Assembly: GCF_001194135.2 (NCBI RefSeq)
Contig: NC_068999.1
Span: 8,131,211-8,181,691 of the forward strand
Length of the DNA: 50,481 nucleotides
Source of the DNA: Octopus bimaculoides
Lineage: Eukaryota
Direction of reading: 5' to 3'
Position numbers and translations under genes: made by a program. The notes below the pieces were generated by a model that made no database searches, had not been told where the DNA came from, and saw only the letters and a list, made by a program, of their open reading frames with translations. Below, in pieces: positions 23,697 to 34,678 of this stretch (positions are counted from its first letter, which is position 1; every line of letters starts with the position of its first letter).

Positions 23697-24731
23697 AGAT
23701 CAATGTAATCGACTTATCCCTTCGCCCCCAAAATTTCCCGCCTTAACAGAAAGGATCATTATTATCATTATTGTAATTATTATCATTATTGTAATTATTA
23801 TTATTGTTATTATTGTGGTTGTTGTGATTATTGCCTTTGCTGTTGTTATTGTTGTTGTTGTTGTTTTATATTAAAAACAAAAAATAACAACTTGAAAGAC
23901 TTATAATATAATGAAATAAAAATGAATGTTGATTACATTACTTAATGTGGTTAGACAATTTGGCAAAACATTTTTGATATTAATCCAAATAAAACTTGCA
24001 AACAATTATATTTGTTGATTTTATTAAAGACCAACAACACTACTAATACTACTACTACTACTATTACTGCTGCTGCTGCTACTTACCTACCGACCTACCT
24101 ACCTACATGCCCGCATGCTACACTTCTGTTGATTTGCTTTAGAGAACATTGCAAGCATCTCCAAGGATGAGAATGCAAATCATTGAGAGAAATTACTCTG
24201 AATTTGTTCTAATAGCAAAACAAGATTAGTAATAAAGTTAACACATACGGTAAACTTNNNNNNNNNNNNNNNNNNNNNNNNNNNNNNNNNNNNNNNNNNN
24301 NNNNNNNNNNNNNNNNNNNNNNNNNNNNNNNNNNNNNNNNNNNNNNNNNNNNNNNNNNNNNNNNNNNNNNNNNNNNNNNNNNNNNNNNNNNNNNNNNNNN
24401 NNNNNNNNNNNNNNNNNNNNNNNNNNNNNNNNNNNNNNNNNNNNNNNNNNNNNNNNNNNNNNNNNNNNNNNNNNNNNNNNNNNNNNNNNNNNNNNNNNNN
24501 NNNNNNNNNNNNNNNNNNNNNNNNNNNNNNNNNNNNNNNNNNNNNNNNNNNNNNNNNNNNNNNNNNNNNNNNNNNNNNNNNNNNNNNNNNNNNNNNNNNN
24601 NNNNNNNNNNNNNNNNNNNNNNNNNNNNNNNNNNNNNNNNNAATGTAAAGGAATGCAATCGTCATCACCATCACCATCATCATCATCATCATCATCACCA
24701 TTATCATCATCATCATCATCATCACCATCAC

Positions 24732-24777
<46 letters not shown>

Positions 24778-25503
24778 ATCAACATCAATTTAATGTCCAC
24801 ATTTCTGTGCTGACATGGGTCAGATGGGGACCTTTTTGTGCAGGGGGACCATTTTTTTGTTTTTTCACAGCTGGATGCTCTACCTGTCACCCACCCTCAC
24901 TCGTTTTGAAGCAATGTAATAGTTCCCCATAACCAGACATATTTGCACCACAGAAGAAAGAAGAACAAAGGAAGGAATGCCATTAAGCATTTTGTTCAAT
25001 ATACCATTAATTAAGATAACGAGCACATTGTCTTAATAACAATTGTTATTATAATTACCATACGAGCAACTATCTGGCAAAATCATTAACAACCCAGGTA
25101 AAATGCTTAATTTTTTAATTCTTTTACTTGTTTCAGTCATGTGACTGCGGCCATGCTGGAGTACCACCTTTAAGTTAGTGGCATTTCATTTGTTTTTACA
25201 TTCTGAGTTCAAATTTCACTGAAGTCGAATAACAACATCAAAAAATACTTTAGGAATTAGAACCCAGGTTCGAAATTACCCCAAGACGCCTGATAAAGGC
25301 TGGAGTGCTGACAACAAACAAGATGAGGACAAATATCCAACAAATGTAAATAATGTAAATAAGATATTTTCATTGTTAGTTATTTTGGTAGTTTATTGGA
25401 TCTCAGCCACAGAATATATCCTCCTCCTCTCTATGTTATGCACACACGCATGTGTGTGTTGTGTATGTGTTTTTGTGTATGTGTATGTGTGTGTGAATAT
25501 ATA

Positions 25504-25541
<38 letters not shown>

Positions 25542-25998
25542 NNNNNNNNNNCTACACATATTTTTAGCCGAGGGTAAATTGTATAATTAGAAATAAAAAG
25601 AAGTAAGGGCAAATGGCTCAAAGAAACCAATCGCATAAAATTTGAGTAATTAAATTAAAGGGTGACGTATTGAAAGCCATATGCAATAAAATCATAACGA
25701 TATTGGAATTTCAATGTCTGTTATTTTTGCTCTGTTTGAATCTTTCAGGCATTGTATCACCCACAGTAAAATCGATGCTTTTGTAAATTTTGATCATTCA
25801 ATGTTGTTGAAGCAATCTTAATTTTTTTTTTTTCTGGTTTTTGTCTTTCAGAGACAGATACACTCTTTATTATTTAATGCTCGAACATGAAGTAAGAGAC
25901 AGCGGGTGGGATCTGCTGTCAGCCAGACAGACTGAGGCAAGTAGACTTTTGACTTTTAAATTGGTTGCTTAGGAGAACGAAACAATGAGATATACAAA

Positions 25999-26208
25999 GA
26001 GCTGGCAGAGTGGTTAGCACGCCGGGCAAAATGCTTAGCAGTATTTCGTCTGTCTTTACATTCTGAGTTCAAATTCCGCCGGGGTCGACTCTGCCTTTCA
26101 TCCTTTCGGGGTCGATAAATTATGTACCAGTTGCGTACTGGGGTCAATCTAATCGACTGGCCTCCTCCCCAAAAAATTTTGGGCCTTGTGCCTAGCACAG
26201 AAAAGATT
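25999..26208 (+). mobile_element. SINE family B (short-tail variant), full length
   Basis: GAGCTGGCAGAGTGGTTAGCACGCCGGGC...GAGTTCAAATTCCGCC...GGCCTTGTGCCTAG. Confidence 0.9.
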
Positions 26209-26494
26209 CTTTGTTTTGTTTTCTAACTGATAAGCATTGATTTATTCGTAACAAATATTTTCTTCATAGTATCCTCACCATCGTCGTCATCGCCATCAAC
26301 GTGAACATTTTTAATAAACATCTTTTCCAATTTATTTCTTTGGAAATGGCATGTGTTCTGGATTAGTCTGCCAAACAAAATTCGGTTCATCTCAGTCTCT
26401 TCTCTGAAGTAAAGCCTCTTCAGTCTTGACCTTACCGTTTCTTCTCATGTCTAATGCTTCCCAACAATATCTGTGGATACACACAAACACACAG

Positions 26495-26568
26495 ATAGAT
26501 AGAAAGATAGATAGACAGATAGACAGATAGACAGACTGATAGCTAGCTAGCTAGATAGATAGATAGAC

Positions 26569-26615
<47 letters not shown>

Positions 26616-26688
26616 CAGATAGACAGATAGATAGATAGATAGACAGATAGATAGATAGATAGATAGACTGATAGATAGAAAGATATAG

Positions 26689-26723
<35 letters not shown>

Positions 26724-26780
26724 AAATATATATATGTATCTGTACATACATACATATACATCTATATCTATCTCTCACAA

Positions 26781-26860
<80 letters not shown>
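26495..26860. repeat. (GATA)n followed by (TA)n/(TG)n/(TC)n microsatellites up to an N gap
   Basis: Seen directly. Confidence 0.95.
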
Positions 26861-27481
26861 NNNNNNNNNNNNNNNNNNNNNNNNNNNNNNNNNNNNNNNN
26901 NNNNNNNNNNNNNNNNNNNNNNNNNNNNNNNNNNNNNNNNNNNNNNNNNNNNNNNNNNNNNNNNNNNNNNNNNNNNNNNNNNNNNNNNNNNNNNNNNNNN
27001 NNNNNNNNNNNNNNNNNNNNNNNNNNNNNNNNNNNNNNNNNNNNNNNNNNNNNNNNNNNNNNNNNNNNNNNNNNNNNNNNNNNNNNNNNNNNNNNNNNNN
27101 NNNNNNNNNNNNNNNNNNNNNNNNNNNNNNNNNNNNNNNNNNNNNNNNNNNNNNNNNNNNNNNNNNNNNNNNNNNNNNNNNNNNNNNNNNNNNNNNNNNN
27201 NNNNNNNNNNNNNNNNNNNNNNNNNNNNNNNNNNNNNNNNNNNNNNNNNNNNNNNNNNNNNNNNNNNNNNNNNNNNNNNNNNNNNNNNNNNNNNNNNNNN
27301 NNNNNNNNNNNNNNNNNNNNNNNNNNNNNNNNNNNNNNNNNNNNNNNNNNNNNNNNNNNNNNNNNNNNNNNNNNNNNNNNNNNNNNNNNNNNNNNNNNNN
27401 NNNNNNNNNNNNNNNNNNNNNNNNNNNNNNNNNNNNNNNNNNNNNNNNNNNNNNNNNNNNNNNNNNNNNNNNNNNNNNNNN

Positions 27482-27513
<32 letters not shown>

Positions 27514-27789
27514 AAATACTACCCACACATATACACAATCAGATGTTTGCTAGTTTTTCCCAATAAATATCCAATCAATTTGTGACTGGCTTGTTTGTCT
27601 TTGACTTATCAACCTCCCTTTGGTAATCAATACCAATTGGTATATAGTCTGGAATTATTCTTTTACTGATTTTCAGTCAATGGATCACGGCCATGCAGGA
27701 GCACCATCCACAAGGATTTGTTTCTGTTTCCACAACCAGGGTTTCAAGTGAAGTCCCTATATGAGAAATTATGATGATGATGATGATGA

Positions 27790-28090
27790 TGATGTGTGTC
27801 TCTGTTCCCAGTTTTTGTTTCCCCTCCACCGCCTGACCACTGGTGTGTTTACACCTCCGTAACTTAACGGTTCAGGAAAAAAAGACCGATAGAATAAATA
27901 CCAGGCGAAAAAAGAAAAAAAAAAGGCGTTTTCGGCGGTTAGGGTTAGGGTCTGGGTTAAGCCGAAAACGGGTGGTGTACGTATTCTTTACCTCTGCCAA
28001 AAAAAAAAAATAAGTACTGGGATCGATTTGTTCTAAAATTCTTCAAGGCGGTGCCCCAGCATGGCCGCAGTCTAATGACCGAAACAAGTG
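27790..28090 (+). mobile_element. SINE family A 3' half, interrupted by a 74-bp insertion
   Basis: GTGTGTTTACACCTCCGTAACTTAACGGTTC...CCCAGCATGGCCGCAG, with foreign sequence at 27925-27998. Confidence 0.8.
27925..27998. mobile_element. 74-bp insertion in a poly-A/T run with 10-bp inverted repeat and TTAGGG-like loop (Helentron/HINE-like, inferred)
   Basis: CGTTTTCGGC (27927-27936) pairs with GCCGAAAACG (27961-27970). The loop is GGTTAGGGTTAGGGTCTGGGTTAA. A-runs flank it on both sides, inside a SINE. Confidence 0.6.
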
Positions 28091-28619
28091 AAATGGTAAA
28101 GGATGAAAAGTAGTGAGCTGAGTTTCAGAAGAGCTACCATTACTTCATAGGGATAAAAAGGGGCAAAGAAGTGGGAGTTTTCCCCCTTTATTTATTTTTG
28201 TATTCCTGTTTCATGCAACAGAAATTAGGATTCTAAACAAATTTTTTACCCCCACAAAATTTCAATCCTTTTTCTCTTTTTTTTTGGTGTCCCCCGCCTC
28301 CCTCTTACTTCCGTACCCTTTTCTTTCTCCCATGAAATAGTAATAGCTATTCCGAAACTCCGTCTGGTAATGTATATAAGAAAATAGAAATTCAGCTGGT
28401 ATTTCTAACCGGTCGAAACCAGCAACGATTCCCACGATGATTCACTGCCGTGTTGTGGTCTAGCGGATTTAACCATGTTGCCTACCACAGAATATGACTA
28501 AAAAAATACAAATTTTTTTAACTGAATCTACTCCATTCACTGAATTAAACTTTCTGACATCGCATTCTTTAACACAGGTGCTATCTATCAACACTGCGAG
28601 AGAATATTAATTATTATCA

Positions 28620-29436
28620 TTTAAATTCCACCGAAGTTGACTATTTCTCTCGTCATTTCGGGGGTCGATAAAATAAGTACCAGTTGAGTACTAGGGTCGA
28701 TGTAATCGACTAGCCTTCATCTTAATTCCACCGATCCCAAATTCAGGCATTGCGCCTGGCTGGCAGAATCGTTAGCACGTCGGACAAAAATGCATAGCGG
28801 CATTTCGTCCGTCGTCATGTTCTGAGTTCAAACTCCGCTGAGATTTGTCTTTGCCTTTCATTCTTTCGGGGTCAATAAAATAAGGACAAGTTGAACACTG
28901 GGGTCGATGTAATCGTCTTGGCCCCTTCACCAAACCTGCTGGCCTTGTGCCAAAATTAGAAACCATTATCATTATTATTATTAAATTCTGTCGAAAAGGC
29001 GGCGAGCTGGTAGAATTGTTAGCAAGCCGGAAAAATGGTTAGTAGCATTTCTTCCGGCTCTTGACATGCTGAGTTCAGATTCAGCCGAGGTCGACTTTGC
29101 CTTTCATCCTTTCGGGGATCGATAAATAAAGTACCAGTTGCGTACTGGAGTCGATCTAATCGACTGCCCCCCCTCCCCAAAAATGTCGGGCCTTGTGTCT
29201 AGAATAGAAAAGATTATTATGTAAAGCGATTAGGTGGCAAACTGGTAGATTGTTAGTAAGCCGGAAAAATCTTTAGTAGCATTTCTTCCGGCTCTTGACA
29301 TTCTGAGTTCAAATGCTGCCGAGGTCGACTTTGCCTTTCGGGGTCGGTAAAATAAGTATCAGTCAAGAACTAGGGTTGATGCAATTGACTATACCCTTCT
29401 CACGAAATTTCAGGTCTTGTGCCTATAGTAGAAAGG

Positions 29437-29440
<4 letters not shown>
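28620..29440 (+). mobile_element. Head-to-tail array of four SINE family B copies
   Basis: Units start near 28620 (partial), 28758, 28997 and 29232, separated by short (ATT)n-rich tails. Confidence 0.88.
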
Positions 29441-29477
<37 letters not shown>

Positions 29478-30569
29478 GGGTATACTGACATAACAAATTT
29501 GATGCTTGGAGCCAGTTATTCAAACATAGCAATTGACTAAAATAGCAGAAAACATGTACGAGAGTTAAATAAAAGCATACTATTACAATTATATGTAAAT
29601 ATATCACCTGCGGTCCGAAATACCAATTTGTTTTGTTTTTTTTTCATTCAGAAAGAAAAAAAAATGTGAAAAAGGAAACAAGAGGTAGCTTCCCTCTTCT
29701 AATCCAATAATCAAACTAAGAAAAATAGGCAAGAACCGAACTTTAAGCAAGCCATCGGCACAACAAATCATATAAGGTAGGTTGTTGTTTAAGAATGCAC
29801 ATTCCAGTTGCAAGAGAGAAAGAGAAAACGAAAGAACTAAAGAAAGAGAGAGAAAGAGAATTGATAGCGCTTGCTCAGTACAAGAAGCACTTGCAAAAAA
29901 GCTTCTCTCCTACTTTCCTTTGTCTGTCTGCCTGTCTCTCTCTAGCTATCATTCTCTATCTATCTATCTATCTATCTATTTATCACCCTCACACCGTCAA
30001 TTTATTTATCTCCTCTTTGCCTGACTTTTCTCTCATTCCTTGAGTGTTTTTCTCTCACCATCTTTCTGTCTTTCAGTTCAAAATCATCTCTCTCTCTCTC
30101 TCTCTTCCGATGTATCTTATTATCTCTGCAAATATATTTACTTTTCAATTTCTTTTTACTCTCGCTCCTGTTCAGCAGTATTAATTTCTCCAGGCTCGTT
30201 TCGTTTCGAGTTCAAATTCCGCCGAAGACAACTTCGTCTTTCATCCTTTCGGGATTAAATCAATAGAATAAAATACCAGTGTAATCGACTACTTCCCTTA
30301 GAATTACTGGCTTTGTGCCAAAATTCTTCTTATCATTATTATTATTATGTTTATTATTATCTCTATCGTTCCGTCTATCATTGTGTTTATATGTTTCTTA
30401 TACTCGTACACCTATATCGTGCCAACACTTTACTCTAGCACCTCTATCCTCGTCTTTTTCTATCTATACAACATTCGTTTACTTTCTGCATCTGTATACT
30501 TTCACTTCCATCCTGTCTCACCTTTTAAATTTATTTCTCTTTTCCCCTTTCGATTTCTTACCATAACTA

Positions 30570-30654
30570 GATCTATCTATCTATCTATCTATCTACTTAC
30601 CTACCTCTGTCTGTCTGCCTAACTGTCTATTTATCTATCTGCCTATCTTCCTAC

Positions 30655-30685
<31 letters not shown>

Positions 30686-30802
30686 CCTACCTATCTATCT
30701 ATCTATCTACCTACCTATCTATCTATCTATCTGTCTGTCTGCCTAACTGTCTATTTATCTATCTGTCTATCTTCCTACCTACCTGTCTATCTATCTATCT
30801 AT
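30570..30802. repeat. (TCTA)n compound microsatellite
   Basis: Seen directly. Confidence 0.95.
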
Positions 30803-32392
30803 TCCTTGTCTTCTATCTTTATGTGTATCTAACGTCTTCGACATCAACATTTAGCTATTAATACTCTCTACTCCTCTCACTTCGTTCTCAATCACTTTCT
30901 CTCCCCCTTTTTCTCCTCTCATTGTTCTCTATCCTTTTCTCTTCCACCTCTCATTTTCTTCTTTATCACTTCGTCGACGCTCTTCCTCTGTATTTACTTC
31001 CAATCACTTTGTCTCCTTCCTTCCCTTTCGTTCTCACTCTTTGTTCTGAATCACTTTGTCTCCTTTCCTTCTCTCCCCCTCTCTCATTCTTCCCTATCAC
31101 TCTCTTTCTACAGCTTACCTCACACATATGCTTCTTTCACTTTCTTTACTCCACCCTCATTACCTTTCCTTTACTAATTTTACTCTCTCTCTCACTCACT
31201 ATCTTTCTTTTCCCTTTTCTATTTCTTTCCTCTCTCTCTCTCTCTAAACAAGGGTAGACTACTCTACGCTGGTTAACAAGCCAGCAGCGCCAAAGCGATT
31301 TAAAATATTCTTGGTTTGGCTTTCGGTTTAGTTTATATTCAGTCTTCTTCTCTTATAAGGTTGTTGGTTATACATATTAAGTGCAGCCGTCAGCTGCACG
31401 CACCACCACTGGAGAAAAAAACCAAAAAGAAAACAAAAGAAACCATTAACACTGTCTGTTAATTTAAAACAAAAAACATAAAAAAAACATTTCTGGTGCC
31501 ATTCACCCCAGCTTTATACGAACGAAGGACATATAACAGCAAAAATCACAAAAACAAACATAAACCTATTCATATAACACAACAAACACACATACATAGC
31601 GGCATATATATATATATATATATATGTATATAATGTATGTATGCAATGTACACATGAGGTGTGTATTTATCTGACGGGGAGGGAAAAGAGAGGGGTTAAG
31701 CAATGGGGGTTGCGAGGAGATATAGCGAGGATCTATTTCACCGCTGAATTATTATCAATTATTGTTACATATATATATATATATATATTTATTTATTTTC
31801 CAGTATTTTTGAGACAAGGGGAAAGTCAAGAAATTTACCTATATAAAAAAGGAATTACAAAAAAGCACGAAACAAAGGTAAAAAACCCCCNNNNNNNNNN
31901 NNNNNNNNNNNNNNNNNNNNNNNNNNNNNNNNNNNNNNNNNNNNNNNNNNNNNNNNNNNNNNNNNNNNNNNNNNNNNNNNNNNNNNNNNNNNNNNNNNNN
32001 NNNNNNNNNNNNNNNNNNNNNNNNNNNNNNNNNNNNNNNNNNNNNNNNNNNNNNNNNNNNNNNNNNNNNNNNNNNNNNNNNNNNNNNNNNNNNNNNNNNN
32101 NNNNNNNNNNNNNNNNNNNNNNNNNNNNNNNNNNNNNNNNNNNNNNNNNNNNNNNNNNNNNNNNNNNNNNNNNNNNNNNNNNNNNNNNNNNNNNNNNNNN
32201 NNNNNNNNNNNNNNNNNNNNNNNNNNNNNNNNNNNNNNNNNNNNNNNNNNNNNNNNNNNNNNNNNNNNNNNNNNNNNNNNNNNNNNNNNNNNNNNNNNNN
32301 NNNNNNNNNNNNNNNNNNNNNNNNNNNNNNNNNNNNNNNNNNNNNNNNNNNNNNNNNNNNNNNNNNNNNNNNNNNNNNNNNNNNNNNNNNNN

Positions 32393-32441
<49 letters not shown>

Positions 32442-33419
32442 TATACCACACACCTCAGTCGAGGTAATTACTGTCCCTTAATTAATTAATTAATTTTTCT
32501 TTTAAATATTATACACTAATTTTTTTTCATGTCAATCCCATCGTAGCCGAACTATTCCGGTCCAAACCGGACTGGTTATTTTTAATTGTTGTTTTATCTT
32601 CAAAAAACAACAGAAGCAAAAACACAAAAGAAACTTCCTTTTTTTTTTGCGTTTTGTATTTTTCCCCGTCTTAACCGGTGTTAATATTTTTTAAGCCTCT
32701 AAATGGACTTCCAAGGCGACCTACCGGGCTCATATGTGGAAGCCCTGGGCCGGGTTAGCCGCATTCTATGTCCGTATTACTTGTTTTTCTTCTTGACACT
32801 CACAAGTGTATTCAGCCAGCATCAGCAGCACCAGAAGCAAGAACACATTTGGAATCTTCGTAACCAAAGATCTAAACTAAACAATAACTCAACCACCTTT
32901 TTAGTTTTTGTTCAGTAAGGTTGGTTACACACACAAACACACCGACATCTAATTTTCTTAGGTCGGTCTATCCTCGACATTCGTTCATGTACATAGACAG
33001 AAATATATAGCAACATATACACACTCACACATAAACATACGTCGTTCTTTACACCCATACTCTAAATAGATCATCTACCAATACACATACACACACACAC
33101 ATATACATTCTCTATAAATACACCTCATATACTACACAGATCTTCTACATATACCTTATACCCGTTCATACATTTTCTTTCTATACACACATATATATAC
33201 ACGCAGCTTTCTTCTATTTCTATAATTCTTTCTACACACCACACAGACACGTTTATATACATTTATACACCTTTATTCTTCTTTCAATCACGCACCTTTA
33301 CGTACGTACGTCATGTGTTATATTACATATACATATATATACTCTTAGTTAGACACATAATTTACCCATATGTCTAAACACAATATATACTCGTCTGTCT
33401 GTATATATAAATCACTTCA

Positions 33420-33560
33420 GCTCTGCTCGACCTCTTCTGCCACATATCCGAGTAGTGGCATTAATCACTGTGGTGGTTGCCAGGCAGAAAATGGCTAAAG
33501 GTGTTGTGCGGGGCGCCAGTAATATCAGTTCCAAAAAAGCCAAAGCCTCTCGTTCTTGTA
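33420..33560 (+). promoter_or_regulatory. Probable promoter/TSS region of the NUDT3-like gene
   Basis: Local GC/CpG rise about 1.1 kb upstream of the ATG, with a YY1-like AAAATGGC at 33488-33495. It is followed by low-complexity, 5'UTR-like sequence. Inference only. Confidence 0.4.
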
Positions 33561-34579
33561 CTCCTTCATCTTCCATTTGTTCTCTATCTCTTCCTTTTAC
33601 TTTCTGTCATCATCATCATTGTCGTCACCGTCGTTGTTGTTACACTGATCGCCATTGTCATCGTAATCGCCGCCGTGTTTGTAGTCGTCATAATAATAAT
33701 AATAATAATAATTGTTATTGTTGCTGTTATACGTCTCCCCTCTCCGACTTCGTCGGCTTCCTCCTTCCTTCCTCTTCTATTTCCAGCAAACCAGCTGTCG
33801 CTCCTCTCTCTGTTTTGACCGCTATTAACAACAACAACAACAGCAATAATAATATTAATAACCTGCCCCACAGTCACAACAACACTCACATCATCAACAA
33901 CAACAACAACCACCCCCACTACCATATAAACAACTACTATAATAATAATATTAATAACAACAACAACAGCTGTAGACAAACTCAGGCATCCTTCTCCGCC
34001 GTTGCCGCTCTAGCAGCACGTGGGTCAGGTGTCACCACCGCCACAAGCGTTGTTTGATCTTCCCTTTTCGTCCATTTCTTTGTTATTGTTGTTGTTGTTT
34101 GTCACATCTCCCACTCATTCATTCACACACACACACACACACACAGTCTTTCTTCATCTCTTCGCTGTTTTAGATAAATATTCTTTCTTTTACACACTGA
34201 CCCATTCTCTCTTAGATCTCATCCTCTTTGTTTTTATCATATCTTCCTCACCGTCGTTATATCATCACTCTTCATCACATTATTATACGTTGTTGTTATT
34301 AATAATATTTAATTGTTAATAATAGACGACGATGATGATGATGATAATCAGCTCCAATAAAGTAATGCACGAGGAAATATAAACATCACAGAAATAAAAT
34401 CAAGAAAAAACAAAAAACTATAACAATAATAATATACACAACATCAGCCCGGAAAATAAAATAAAATATAATCAAAATAAATTACTATAAATTAATTTAA
34501 AAAAAATAAACCGAAGAAATTGGAAGGACAGAAAGAAGGATTCAGAAATCTTACCAAAATTCTTCAGGGTACCACTGAT

Positions 34580-34678
34580 ATGGTTAAGCAAAAAACGAAA
34601 ACTCTAAGGACGTACGATGAAGAGGGTTTTCGAAGACGGGCAGCCTGCCTATGTTTCAGAGATGAAAGTGAACAGGAG
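34580..34678 (+). CDS. NUDT3: First coding exon of a diphosphoinositol polyphosphate phosphohydrolase (Nudix, DIPP/NUDT3-NUDT4/Aps family)
   Basis: Translates to MVKQKTKTLRTYDEEGFRRRAACLCFRDESEQE (33 aa). This matches the DIPP N-terminus as I recall it (human NUDT3 MMKLKSNQTRTYDGDGYKKRAACLCFRSESEEE). The ATG has G at -3 and +4, and the exon ends at a GAG|GTAAGA donor in phase 0. The paralogue assignment (NUDT3/4/10/11) cannot be resolved from one exon. Confidence 0.93.

Noticed and set aside
25286-25315. CCTGATAAAGGCTGGAG resembling the 5' half of a hammerhead
   Set aside because: The second half (stem II 3' strand and GAAAC) is absent in this copy.
28620-29440. Regularly spaced repeats as a CRISPR-like array
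   Set aside because: Units are whole SINE copies of about 220 bp with no unique spacers, in a eukaryotic context with no cas genes.
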